In this document: piece after piece, positions 12,126 through 24,745 of the stretch
Position numbering within the stretch: the stretch's first letter is position 1
How the letters are laid out: the number at the start of each line of letters is the position of its first letter
Origin: Pecten maximus
Taxonomy: Eukaryota
NCBI RefSeq assembly: GCF_902652985.1
Contig: NC_047030.1
Span: 34,534,001-34,598,000 of the forward strand
Direction of reading: 5' to 3'
DNA: 64,000 bases
Translations under genes and position numbers: made by a program
The notes under the pieces: model-generated
The model's database searches: none
Told to the model about the DNA's origin: nothing
Seen by the model: only the letters and a program-made list of their open reading frames with translations

Positions 12126-12553
12126 CAATCTAATTAAAATCTAGATGGTCATGTTCACTACGTTAGATGAACATCTAACAACATCCCATAAGGGGTCACG
12201 TTCTGATGACCTTTGAGATGTGCGTATTTCACTTTCAGGGCGAATTGTCCACTTGCCGATGTCATCGAGGCAAACCATTTCGTTACAGTATGCATCTGAA
12301 GCAAACCATTTCGGTACAGCATGTACTATATATTTTGTGGGACGAAATGACTTGAAATAAATTGACAGATTATGCAAGTTATTATGAACTTTTAGTCATG
12401 CTAATTCGGACATATAAAAATCACTACCAAGATTCTGGAAGTAGTCATTTGATTGGCTAATCCTAAAGGTCACCCTGACGTGACCCCATATGGGATGTTG
12501 TTAGATGTTCATGTAACGTAGTGAGAATGACCATCTAGATTTTAATTAGATTG
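12126..12553. mobile_element. 428-bp MITE with ~80-bp TIRs and 9-bp TSD
   Basis: TIR CAATCTAATTAAAATCTAGATGGTC; TSD ATTCAAGGG at 12117-12125 and 12554-12562. Confidence 0.93.
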
Positions 12554-12910
12554 ATTCAAGGGGGATAACCTGATTCGGGTAACTGTTCAAATGTACATCT
12601 TCCCAAAAAGGGTTGTAAATCACCTTCACTTGTAGTCAAAGCAGCTGAACAAAAAAGACCTTAATGTAGGTAATTTATAATACTACAAATACAACCATGA
12701 CTTCCATTTCTGGATGTGAACAAATGGCTGTCATTTGTTATCTTCTGATTGGTGGAAATTAAGATGTTCAGTTTCAAAATATCCTTTAAGCTTGTGCGCT
12801 TCCTTCCAGACCAAAGGGACTGATTTAGGTATACAAATGTACATGCAATTTGTTTAACATTTGCTTTAAAATTTAGAGTTTACATATAAATGTGTTCTAT
12901 ACATTTTTAG

Positions 12911-13189
12911 GGAAATGTACATCTTCCCAAACAGGGTCATAAATCACCATCACTTGTAGTCAAGGCAACCGAACAAAAAGACCCTGTCGTTAAAACCGAT
13001 GTGAACGAGGAGAAAGAAATCAAAGATGGCAATTCTTCACCAAGAGACCCACATAAAGCTGTGGCATCTACACATCTCTATGATGGACCTATCGTCATCC
13101 GAGAGGTCAAACCAAAGGTCATCAAGTCCAGCGGTACTTCTGTAATTGGAGACGAGTTTTGTAGATGCAAATCATGCGTTTCCAAATGG
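12911..13189 (+). CDS. Candidate exon of an orphan repeat-exon gene (GNVHLPKQG...CVSKW)
   Basis: TTTTTAG acceptor, 93 open codons, GTAAGT donor; paralogous to 13847-14081. Confidence 0.5.
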
Positions 13190-13846
13190 GTAAGTTTTCA
13201 AATACCTGTTTCTCTTTGGCCAATGATATGTTGTCCACTAATTGGCCGCAAAGTGGAGGCTTCTGATTGGTCAAAAGCTAGCTATTGCCAGATTTTCATG
13301 AAAATTGGTTTATCGGTGCGGTATGACATCGTAAACACAAATGTGCAATCTGTTTTGCGATTGGACAATTTACAGGCTTCTGAAAAATCAAAATGTATAT
13401 CATTTTCAATAAGCATAGTTGACTACATTAGCAGTGCCCTATTGCAGCCTTGACATACTCCAGTGGGAATATTAAACAATCAAAGTACCGAAAGTACTGA
13501 GTTGTCCGATTTTGGTACAATGTACATGTATGTAGGTTTATGTTCTGTTTGAGGATTAAAAAAATGGCCTCCTTTCTTCGCTTCTGATTGTTGGAATTTA
13601 GGCATTACCTGGTTTTGATGAAATCTGGGGGCTTTGAGGAAGCTATATTATATTTTGTTGATTTTCGTATATAGGTACATTGTAGGTGATTTGTGATACT
13701 TTATGTACAACTGCAACTTCAATATCTGGATATGAACAAATGGCTGCTATTTAGAATCTTCTGATTAGTGGAAATTTAGAAGTTCAATTTCAAATTAACC
13801 CTTTATCCTCATTTCAAGTTTTAATACAAATGTATTATATACACAG

Positions 13847-14081
13847 GAAAAATTTACATCTTCCAAAAAAGGGTCGTAAATCACAGCGACTTGTAGTCAA
13901 AGCAACCAAGCAAAACGACTCTGTCATTAAAATCAATGTGAAGGCGGAAGAAGGAATCAAAGATGGCAATTCTTCACCAAGAGACCCACATAAAGCTGTG
14001 GCATCTACACATCTCTATGATGGACCTATCATCGAAGAAGTGGTCACAGAGTCCAGCAGCTCTTCCGAAAGTGAAGACGAG
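13847..14081 (+). CDS. Candidate exon of the orphan gene (duplicate of the previous exon; +1 A in a homopolymer at its start)
   Basis: CAG acceptor, identical IKDGNSSPRDPHKAVASTHLYDGPI block, GTAAGT donor. Confidence 0.45.
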
Positions 14082-14603
14082 GTAAGTTTTCAAATATTGA
14101 CCAATGGTATACCGATGTTATGGAATCCACTCATAAAGCTCATTCACCAAGCTGTACGATTTCTGTAAAATCACCACTCAAAGAGTAATATTTTTATTAT
14201 CCTACTAGATTGTGTTACAAAAAAGCCTATAACATAACAACATAGCCTAACTAGTGTTATAGCTTATTCTTAAGTTATAGCGATATGATATAGCGTATAG
14301 CAAAACGTTTAGCTATATATAGCTATACAGCTTGTAGCTTACCATATAGATTTATAGCATATATAAGGGTGTAAAACATAGCATTTAGTGATACAACATT
14401 GTGTATAGCAATACAAGATAGCTCTTCTTAAGATTTCATGTGAATGTTTTCTTGTTATCAGATTATTAAGAGCAAAAGAGAGTTTAGAGTAGAGACAAAA
14501 TCAGTCTTGTATAGAACCAATAAAGATCATTCAATGGCGGGCGCCAATTTAAGGTCTCTTGTTTAATCAATTCTGAATGATTTTATCATTTTAATCTATA
14601 CAG

Positions 14604-14843
14604 GATACCGTTAAAGTCCGGAAACAAACAGCAGCTCGTGGTAGACCTTTAGTTCCGCTTTCTGACCCCCTATCTGATGACCGCCTCCCAGCTCCATCCT
14701 TCCCCACCCGTCAGTTCGGAGATGGGGGTCCTGTTGAACGTGTCCTGGCGGACATAGCCTATCAGATCAGAAGATTGATCAGGTTCACCAGGCGGAAGTG
14801 GAGGAAAACAAGAATAGTGTGTGGATGTGACAATGTTGATTAA
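14604..14843 (+). CDS. Candidate terminal exon of the orphan gene (DTVKVRKQ...CGCDNVD*)
   Basis: TACAG acceptor, phase 0, 79 open codons, GC-richer than its flanks, followed by A-rich sequence. Confidence 0.5.
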   Translation, partial: DTVKVRKQTAARGRPLVPLSDPLSDDRLPAPSFPTRQFGDGGPVERVLADIAYQIRRLIRFTRRKWRKTRIVCGCDNVD

Positions 14844-15824
14844 TTACAATTCGCAACGTGTCCAATTTATACAACTGATGAACATTTATAAGTATAGGAA
14901 CCTGGGAAAAGAAGAAAGTAAGAAAGAAATACAACCAGAAAAAAAAAAAAAAAAAATGGAAAAATGAAATAAAAAAAAAAAAAAATGAAACTTAACAATA
15001 GAAAAAACAACATCAAAATTACTAATAGTAAAAAAGCAGCTTAAAGAATTTTAAAATTGAAATATAAAAAAAAAAAAAAAAATGAAAAATAAAAAATAAA
15101 ACATAAAAACGGCAAAAATGAAACAGAAAAATAGCAAAAAAAAGAAAAGAGAGGGAAATATAGAGATTGTATATATATATACTCTATATAACATTTTGCA
15201 GTGTATTTATGCTAATGAAATATAACAAAGAAGAGAAAAAACAAACAAAAACAAAAAAATTGAAAAATAGAAAATTCAACATAAAAACTGAAAAAAGAAA
15301 CAGAAAAATGGCAAAAAAAAGAGGAAATATAGAGATTGTATATATAGTGTATATAACTTTTGCTGTGTATTAATTGTTGGTTATGGGTACCATATATACA
15401 TTAATTTCCAATTCAGCAGAAAGCCGAGCATGTCTGCATTTGATAACAAAAAACCCTGTTTGCTTGCAAAAATATTTGAAACCATACTTTGTATGTCATG
15501 TTAATAGAATTAAATTTTAAATGTTTGTTATTTTTTCGCTTTACAATAATTCTTGTTTACATTTGTATTCATGTTTTGTTCAAGTTTAAGTTTGAAATTA
15601 AATAAAAAGGCATTCTAGATTGTTGACACTGGTTTCTTTGTTTTCATTTGCAAAATTACACTCTTGACATCATTATTTGGTGTTTTTTCAGAAGTGTATG
15701 AAAAAGAAAGAAAATCAGAATTACTGCATTTCAATATGAATGAGAAGTGTGAAAGGGCTGGCTGGACGATAATCACAGACTCTACCCAAGTTTCAATCAA
15801 TGTCTGTGTACCCGTATTGTCCCA

Positions 15825-16070
15825 ATATCACCGTACTTTATACCCACTATATTTGTGTAACTGTTCTATGTCTATATGTGATCGTATGTAGTTTACCCGT
15901 GTCTTGATAAAGGGTCAGATTGCCTTGAAAATTCGACAATTTACTTGTCTGTAATGTCGTTATAACTACTTGACAATTATCTATTTTAGTAATACGCATC
16001 CAACATTTGTTTGTTAGGATCCAGTACCTATATTGGTTTATATACCGTCGTTATTACTTACTAGACCCTA
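15825..16070 (+). mobile_element. Interspersed repeat, possibly a Penelope-like 3'/pLTR fragment
   Basis: Inverted second copy at 29025-29265; contains CTTGATAA-stem-GAAA. Confidence 0.55.
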
Positions 16071-17164
16071 TTTATATATAATGATATATATATCCAACAT
16101 ATTCCCAGGAAAAACATCTTTGTTACATATACTCGACTTTGGCTCCGACAGAGTATTTCGCTATAAATCTTTCTCAGATTCTTGGGTTTATATTTAACAG
16201 AACTACACATTGATAAAACCTGAAGATATACACAACTTTGGACTCCGTGTTCCTCTACACCAATTCTCACTGGAATCTACAAGTGGCTTAAAAGGTGTCG
16301 CACAACTGGCCTTAACTTAGATTTTAATATCGAATCTCTTTGCTCTCAAATTTACCTCAAAATATAAAGATTTCGAACACCATTGTCTAAAACTAAAACA
16401 TTTAAAACAAAATCTGTACCAAAAGACTAAAAACTATGAATGAGTCATGTGGAAACTTTGATGATATTTGCGCTATATATCAAATTCCCAGTCATGGGCA
16501 TGGTCCTATTTCTATCAATGAAGAAAATTCTTTAACACATAATTTCCATCGGAAAGCATTAAAAACAGAATTATAAGGGTGGGAAACCACAGTGAAGGAA
16601 TCTTAAATTATGTATTGTTTTCTTATAGAAAATCTAAAGTTAAGGAATTTATTCGAGTTTTGAAATATTGATAAAACTGGTGCCAGGGATTGGAATTTTT
16701 ATGATCCAATCCCTGTATATCAAAGGGCTGACTACAGTCAAATACGTAATCAATTGATGATGTGAACACAGATTCAAGTTTTGTTTCATTTTTATTGCAA
16801 ATAAGAACAACATTATACAGAATGTGCCTTACAATATAATAGATTTATACTTTACAACAAAAGAGAAATTTTGAGTACAATATAACAAGAATATATCATA
16901 ATAGTCATACAGTATATTATATTATATAAGGGTCATACAATCTATTACACAGTTATTGCATTATAGTCATAAATAAAATGTTGGTCATTATTAAGTAAAA
17001 AAAACAAAACACTTGAGCAAATTTATATAGACATGAAAATGTATTTTAAGCAATTCATTCATTTGGTTTGTTGTATTATTTTTTCATCGAAAAAAGCGTT
17101 ATTCTAAAAACAAAAAAATCATAAATCATGCAAGCACTCTAGCATTACAAGGTACATACATGTA

Positions 17165-17392
17165 CTGTAAAAGTGGAAATATTCGTGGTGTGGAAATTTT
17201 CGCTTATTTCACTATCAGTAAATCTCCGCGAAAATTTCCACACGTGAATATATTAACACATAAAAAATACTAAATATAAAAGATACAAGTTAGCGCAAAA
17301 ATATCTTGACGGCGCGAAAGTATCCACACCGCGAACACTTTGGAAGCTGGCTAAGCGAAAATTTCCACACGCGAAAATATCCACTTTTACAG
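17165..17392. mobile_element. Tc1/mariner-type MITE with TA TSD
   Basis: TA|CTGTAAAAGTGGAAATATTCG...CGAAAATATCCACTTTTACAG|TA. Confidence 0.85.
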
Positions 17393-17619
17393 TACTATAT
17401 GTAACTCGGTAACACAAAAAAACAAATATGATGTGCAAGGGAGATAACTCTGATATAAATAACAGGTATAGTGTGCAAGGGCGATAACTCTGACATTTAT
17501 AACTGACATAAATAATAGGTATAATGTGTAAGGGGGATAACTTCACAAATAACAGGTGTACTGTGTATGGAAGAAAACTTCCAACACAAGACACAGGTAT
17601 ATTGCCTAAGGGAGACAAC

Positions 17620-18230
17620 TGCAATAAAAGAGGATATTAAATGATTTCCAGCTTAATATAAGATATATTTCTTGAGTATGAATATCAATATTTTAAAAAG
17701 TGTGAAGCACGAGTGAAAAATATCAAAACATTCTGTCGTACAAGTGAAATATATATTATATTAAACGGGAAACCATTCAATTTTCTTTTTATTGCATGTT
17801 ATATACATGTACTTAAAAACAAAATAGAAAAAAACATAAAAAAATTAATAGTAAAAAAGTGCTGGAATCAGTAACAATTCATGAGGTCGTTTCTTCGTGA
17901 CGTTACTCCATGTCAACTTGACCACGCCATTTTGAAGGACTTATCAACGCAATTAAAGCGTTTTCAGTCGTTATCAGGGAATCTATACGAAAAGCTAATG
18001 TCAAGTGATCATTTAGTCAAAAACTAGTCTGAATATTTCAGAAATACAGCAAAATAACCAATTTATCTATCTTCGCTTCGATTTGAAAAATCGGCAAGTT
18101 TCAATGAGGTGAATACAAAGGTTTGCTCTGGTTGGTCAAAAACGAAAAACTTATATTTTCACTGAAAAACTTATAAATATAAGTTTTATTAGTTTGATAA
18201 GATAAATTTCACTGGTAGAAATGCAACAAA
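17620..18230. mobile_element. Non-autonomous element with internal palindrome, Crypton-like architecture
   Basis: TAATATAAGATATATTTC...GAAATATATATTATATTA hairpin; GCAATAAAA-like ends; classification tentative. Confidence 0.4.
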
Positions 18231-20613
18231 ACAAAATATATGACAAAATTTGTACACTGTATTGTTTGGTTTGGTTCTGTATTGTTTAATGTGCTATAAA
18301 AAATTGTGGTCATTCAAGGATGACTTTTGGCTCCAGATTTCAATTTGGAAAGTCTTGAAACAACGTCAGAAAAATAGTATACCGAGCATGGTAGCATTCC
18401 TAACTATCACACAAATAACAGGTATGTGAAAGGGAGATAACTCTTAACATAGAGCTAGCATATAGCCTTAACTGTAACACAGGTATAATATAGGGTTTAT
18501 CACAGGGACTTGACACTATACATCGGATATGAACTGTGAATTGGCAATTTGTGTCGTCAAGTCCCTGAGGGATATTTCACTAACAGTAGTATCCAAAATA
18601 AGCAAACTTGGAAAATAAACAAGATGAGGAGAAGCTCTTGGGTAAAAATAAAAGTTTAACAAGTAAAATTTTGAAATATCTTAATTTATCAGACTGCATA
18701 TACATTGTATAACAAGATTAATGTATAGTTATTCGTCAACTTACCATAAAGCTATTATCATTGTAAAAATCACTGTTGGAAAAACGGTTGATGTTTTTAA
18801 GAAACATATCTTAAAACTATTTCTCCCTGCTGAAAATAGCTATGACCTTGACCTTGACCCAAAACTGAAACTTGATCTGTAGCTACTCATACTGAAGTTA
18901 CATACCAACTTTCATAAACATACCTTGAAGCATGGCTGAGAAAAGTATGGAAAACCGAGTGGACGGACTGATAGGTGGACGAACGGAGAAACCTATACCA
19001 GTTTCACCGGTAGGGAACTAATAAAAAATGGTACTTGGACTATATCCCAATGATCAGGAAACTCTAAAGTAAAATTTTTATCAATTGATGTCATATTGCA
19101 ATTGGTAAATATAGGAAAATCTTTAAAATGTAAACAAACATGTAAATAATTTGTAATAACAACTTGCACTTGAAGAAAACTTAGGTATATTATCAACTGC
19201 CTTGTAAATGTATGGCTATGGATGGTCCTTGATAATAAAAGATCTACTGCATTGTCACAAAAATGACGGTGATGGACGGATGTAAATCGCTATCTGATCG
19301 CAACTCTCTGAAAATGAAACTTAAATGACTTAAAAAGAACACAGTACATATTATGGCAGTGTAAAAAAGTCATATAAATCATCTTGGCTTCTTTAAAAGT
19401 TTAAACACATGTAGCTGCCTGATGAACTACATTTGTTCATATGATATATATTGTGTCCTAATACACAAAATTCACTATGTTTTAAATCAAAACTCCCATT
19501 ATATTTTCAGTTAAGTGAATCAATCATATCAGCCTGCAGAGTGGATGTTTTTGAATTTATTTGGTACTTGTCGAATGGTTTCCCCCTCCTGGGCTGCAGG
19601 ACAATTTGACATGTACCAAATATAAAAACGTTCACTCTGAAGGCTGTTGTGTTTGATTTGCTGACCTGATTTTCTCTATTGCGCGATCACACTGCATACC
19701 ATTGGGTATCTATCTGTGGAGTGAAGGGACTTATACATGTAACCCACTCTGAACTAGAACGAATGGAGTTGGCTCTATTAGGAAATTCTTCTATTGTATT
19801 CTATGAATTTGAGGTCATACCTGTACATTTTTTTTTTGCAAATTTTAACATATTTTAACAGAAAAAAAAAGAAATTAGATTTTAAGATTAATGAAATTGA
19901 GTCAAAACAAAAGGCAATGAAAATAAAGCCCTTAAATTTCTTATTCAAAATACTATGATATGGCATATCATATAATTTTGAATAAGAAATTTAAAATAAA
20001 TTGCCTCCCGACTAAGCTTTTGGTTTGATTTATATGTAAATACACTGTATAACAGGTTATTTCTGCACTCAATTTCCATGATGAATTCTGAACATGAATA
20101 TTCAAATCATGAAACATATCAGCAGAAATGTACTTTAAACATGTAGTTTATACACAGTTTACAAATACTCACTAATTGATACTTGAAGTTGAATCAATTT
20201 ATACCATTTGAGTGAAATCAACGATCATGTAAACTGACACCAACAACTTTAGGTTTGTAGATGTAAAACAAATTCTACGGGTATTTTACAACGGATCCAG
20301 AGAAAGAGGATTGTAAACTTATTTCCAAAGAGATAGATTTCACAATATTCAAAGAAAATCAATTTTCATGAAATTGACATGTTCTATAAGGTGGAAAAAC
20401 GTGTACCAGTTATGACATGTTTAAAACGTTGGAAAATTGTCTTAAATTCAGAGCTGACTTCAGAAATTTTGGAACACCTGTCAGTGTTTATTCTGATCAA
20501 TCAAAAAATCGCAAATGATGTAAATTGAAATGAAGTAATTTAGATGGTACGTAAATAACCTGTTATACAGTATATTTTTAGCTTTAGAAATAACCTGCAG
20601 AAGTTTTTGTAAA

Positions 20614-20787
20614 TCATGTTTTCTTAGTCTTTTTCTTGCTTGGTTTCGTTGACTTCCCTTTAAGACTTGAGCTAGGCTGCTGTACGGTTGCCGAGTTGCT
20701 CCGATGACTGTGTGACTTTGTATTCTGGTGGTCCAGACTTTTCTCATACAGAGGAACCATGCTGCGTACCATTGCCCAGTAGTTTGT
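20614..20787 (-). CDS. CEP15: CEP15/C3orf14 homologue exon 4 (last); spliced product 159 aa
   Basis: TNYWAMVRSMVPLYEKSL resembles human TRYWASVEEYIPKWEQFL; ends TGA. Confidence 0.85.
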   Translation of the reverse strand, partial: TNYWAMVRSMVPLYEKSLDHQNTKSHSHRSNSATVQQPSSSLKGKSTKPSKKKTKKT

Positions 20788-20944
20788 CTGTATTAACATA
20801 ATGTAAATAATTGATATTACCACCATGTGACACATCTACACCAAACCAGTAGACATACACACTGGGGCTTGACACATTCCTATATATTCCGGGAATGAAG
20901 AAACAATCCCAGGGTTGGACCCCTACATCATTTATTGTTGTCAC

Positions 20945-21500
20945 TGGGTCTGACCCCTAGATCACTTATTGTTACCCCAGGGTCAGACCCCTAGATCACT
21001 TATTGCCACCCCAGGGTCTGACCCCTAAATCACTTATTGTCACCCCAGGGTCTGACCCCTAGATCACTTATTGCCAACCCAGGGTCTGACCCCTAAATCA
21101 CTTATTGTCACCCCAGGGTCTGACCCCTAGATCACTTATTGTCACCCCAGGGTCTGACACCTCTAAATCACTTATTGTTACCCCAGGATCTGACCTCTAC
21201 ATCACTTATTGTCACCCCCTACATCACTTATTGTCACCCCTACATCACTTATTGTCACCCCTACATCACTTATTGTCACCCCAGGGTCCTGCCCCTAGAT
21301 CACTTATTGTCACCCATGGGTCGGCCCTCTAGATCACTTATTGTAACCTAAGGGTACAACCCCTAGCTTACTAATTGTCACACCAGGGTCCAACCAAAGA
21401 TCACTTATTGTCAGATCTAGGTGTCAGACCCAAAGATCACTTATTGTCACCCCCTACATCACTTATTGTCACCCCAGGGTCCGCCCCCTAGATCACTTCT
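20945..21500. repeat. 34-bp minisatellite in CEP15 intron 3
   Basis: ATCACTTATTGTCACCCCAGGGTCTGACCCCTAG units, with 21-bp truncated variants. Confidence 0.92.
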
Positions 21501-22348
21501 TGACCAAATGTGATCTAGGTGTTAGACCTTGGTGTTGTTTTTCATTCTGGGCCATCATGGAACATGTCAAGTCTATGTGGACATCCCCCATGGAGGTAAA
21601 AAAAATCAATCATGAGAATGGAAGTCCAATCCAGTATATTACTTTATCATCTTATTTAAAATAATAATTTAAAATCTTGTCATGATATGCAGTCTTAATT
21701 AAAAAAAAAAGAAGAAATTAATGTATATATATCATATGATGCTGACCTCCAACAAATCTGTCAATTAAGACTCAAGATTTGAATTTGAGTCTCAAGTTTA
21801 TTTTTTGTTTAAAAGGCGATACCCAGGGCAAAATTATAGCTTGAAAAGTAAAATTGAATTTTTTGAAAATGGTAGATATCATTTTCACTATTCAAATGTA
21901 TTTTCCTTAAAATGAGTTGATCACAAGAGAGTTAAATTTTGTAAAATACAATGTACTTTATTAATCAACAATAATTATTGAGTTTTAGTAACATAGGCTT
22001 CTCCAGTTTTTGAAGGATTCACAAACTGAGAATATCCCATTTTTTCAGTTTTTACCCATTGACATTATATGCTTCAATATTTGTGATAATAATAGTTTTT
22101 AATGACAATATCTTAATACACCTATGATGTATAGCTAGATCAGGGGAGATAACTAAATTAGATGATCGTTCATATAATCAGCTACAATTCTGAGCTCAAA
22201 ACTTGCCTTTTTTTCCTGCTTCTCCTACTTTACATACATGTAAATATGAGACATCAACAATGAGAACCCTATATCAATTAAGACTGCATCAATCTTCCTT
22301 TTTTCCCCAATGATAGAAATATTTGTAAAATCCTTCATTTCCATTTAC

Positions 22349-22423
22349 CTGAAGTGTGGTCAGTCTTGGGCTAGGAGGAATGGCTGCTTCAGCCTCCAGC
22401 ATTTCCTCAGTGTCAGCAATATT
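22349..22423 (-). CDS. CEP15: CEP15/C3orf14 homologue exon 3
   Basis: 75 bp, NIADTEEMLEAEAAIPPSPRLTTLQ, TTTTCAG / GTAA boundaries. Confidence 0.85.
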
Positions 22424-23084
22424 CTGAAAAGAACAACAAAGTGCTTACTTTTTTAAAAAGATATAAACTCTGGCTCAGGATAGAGAAAAAGTTCAAGTGA
22501 GGAAACAGCATGACAGTTGGATATTAATGTGTACTTGTATAGCATCCAAAAATTTAATTTTTGAATAAATACCCAATATACAACATATATTTGAAACAGA
22601 TTATAAATTTTAAGCATGGTAAGAATTTGCTGATACATCTCTATAAAATGACCTTCCAGTACTTTGAATCACAATTTTAACAACTTTTAATTCCCCGTCT
22701 CCTAATGTTTTTTTTCTGGCCAATAGTCAAAAGTACTAAAACAGGACTAGATATTCTTTAGGCTTTTTGTCTTGGGCTCATATTGTTTTTATTTTTTTTT
22801 TAATATTTTACCACATGATTCTAATAGCACAAATTAACCTCAGTATTACATCATGAAACTTCAATCCTGCAGCCTTTGTGTAGAATACAGTATATAAACC
22901 AGATAGAAAGATTTATTCATAAGAGAATGCTTCAAATGTCTGATGCAGTATTACAATTGTGGGGCTATATGCCTGCAACTGTACTGTACATTTGTACAGT
23001 GAAATTAGACTTTTGTACCAAACAAATAAAAATGTACATTTTTCTCAGAACCACTTTCTGCGTTGTGGATAGTATTTGGTATAC

Positions 23085-23208
23085 CTGAAGAAATTGCTCA
23101 TTCCTCAACCGTGCCCGTTGTCGGTCTGCTGCCTCTTGAAGTGTTCGACTGTCCTGACTTCTTGTGTACGAAAAACTGTAATTCATCAGAGCCTCTCTTT
23201 GGGTCAAT
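23085..23208 (-). CDS. CEP15: CEP15/C3orf14 homologue exon 2
   Basis: AG/GT bounded, phase 2 to 0, LTQREALM...RNEQFLQ. Confidence 0.85.
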
Positions 23209-23301
23209 CTTTAAAGTACACAGAAACAATTCCCTAAGAAGCTAGAAGACAACTGTATCACATGTACACCATTCACAATTAAAACCTGCCACAAATGTAT
23301 A

Positions 23302-23430
23302 TGTAGCGGGACTGGACTGGGTCGATCATCTGTGACAAGGTAGCTCAATTGATAGAGCATCTGGCTAGTGTTTGGAAGTCCCGGGTTCGAACCCAGGTCT
23401 GGCCGCTATATCTTCTCCTCTTATGTTACA
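23302..23430 (+). mobile_element. Solo LTR of tRNA-containing TRIM family B
   Basis: TGTAGC...GTTACA, TSD TATA/TATA, A-box TAGCTCAATTGA, B-box GGTTCGAACC. Confidence 0.8.
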
Positions 23431-23657
23431 TATATATACTCCCCCCCCCCCCCTCCCCTTTTCAAGGGGCCAATACAGAAGCTCCTCTTTCTCCTTATAA
23501 CTAGTGGTTGGAGTGATCAAATGAAACAAGAGAATTCATTGTGACCGTAACACTACAGTGGTACCACAGTATGATAGACACTTGTGTGAGTTGTGTCTGG
23601 TAATGTACGTAGTCCATATCGAGATAATGGACCTAAAATCTGGGTGTTATACAGTGG

Positions 23658-24020
23658 TGTAGCGGAACTATAAACCAGGTTGATCATCACCGACCACGTA
23701 GCTTAAGTGGTAGAGCATCTGGATAGTGTTTGGAGGACCCCGATTTAAACTTCAGTCTCTGAACGCTCCTCTTACATTTGGTGCCAGTGATAAAACCTTG
23801 TTTCAAGTGAGGTGAATACTTGACAATGGGATACAACGAGCCTAGGTTGTGATTTGTTAGGCCTTCGGGGTCGAAGACTTAAAAATGAGTGGGAAGAGTG
23901 TAGTGGAACTAGACCAGGTCAATCATTGGCGATCAAGAAGCTTAAATTAATACTAATTGGTACAGCATCCGGCTAGTGTTTGGAGGTGTCGGGGGTTGAA
24001 GCCCGGTCTGGCCTTGCAAC
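23658..24020 (+). mobile_element. Degenerate near-complete TRIM family B (LTR-PBS-internal-PPT-LTR)
   Basis: LTR1 23658-23776, PBS TGGTGCCAGTG at 23779, PPT AAAAATGAGTGGGAAGAG, LTR2 from 23899 with its 3' end eroded. Confidence 0.75.
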
Positions 24021-24073
24021 CCTCCCCCCCCCGGTCTTCAAAAGTGACAATAAACAAGCGTTTGATTGTTTGA

Positions 24074-24144
24074 TAGGCCGAGTTTCCTCTGGCCCTGATG
24101 GCTACATCAGACAGATGTGTCAGGGCCAGAGGAAACTCGGGCTA
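24074..24144. mobile_element. 71-bp micro-MITE, TAG...CTA ends, 9-bp TSD
   Basis: TAGGCCGAGTTTCCTCTGGCCCTGA...TCAGGGCCAGAGGAAACTCGGGCTA; flanks ATTGTTTGA / ATTGTTTAA. Confidence 0.85.
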
Positions 24145-24227
24145 ATTGTTTAATTGATTCATGGCAATTTTCAATTTAATCATTGTAACATTAAATCCTC
24201 CCACAAAATTAATGTTGTTAATCTTAC

Positions 24228-24334
24228 ATTTCCTCGTGAAGCCTACTGAGCTGAAGTTCAGTCCGTGTCCATTTTGCGAGTTTATCATCGTATGTTTCCA
24301 CCGCATCATATCTAGGATCTGTTGGTCGTTTCAT
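24228..24334 (-). CDS. CEP15: CEP15/C3orf14 homologue exon 1 (MKRPTDPRY...ELQLSRLHEE)
   Basis: ATG at 24334, phase-2 GTAAG donor; ELQLSRLHEEILTQR resembles human C3orf14 EIRLSKRHEEIVSQR; start codon less certain. Confidence 0.8.
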
Positions 24335-24745
24335 CCCAATGCAACTGGAACTGGACCTGACAGTGTGTGTTTCGTTTTTGTTGTCGACGACGCCACACAG
24401 AGAGTTCTTTTCAAGGGAGGTAAGTCTTGAATGAGAACGCGTCTTGCTAAATACGCATGTGTCGAGATTAATGTTTGTGGATTAGTTATTTACAAATACA
24501 CTGTTATGTCTCATTATTTCTCTTTCATCAAACAAAGCTAAATGCCATTAGTTTATCAATGGTTTGGGTTTTACAAATCACGTTGGAACTATGAAACGTG
24601 TACGGGGAAGGGGTACAACTTTTGTTCCTTGTCCCTTGTCTTGTCGGTTAAGCGCTTGTCATCTTACTCCTGTTTCAACGTTATTTACAAACGTTTCTAA
24701 GCTCTAGATCTATAATGGTTAAAAATGGACGACGGGGTCAGGTTC

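Noticed and set aside
14900-15373. Lys-rich ORF / A-rich tract
   Set aside because: Low-complexity A-rich sequence with a local duplication, probably 3' UTR-like
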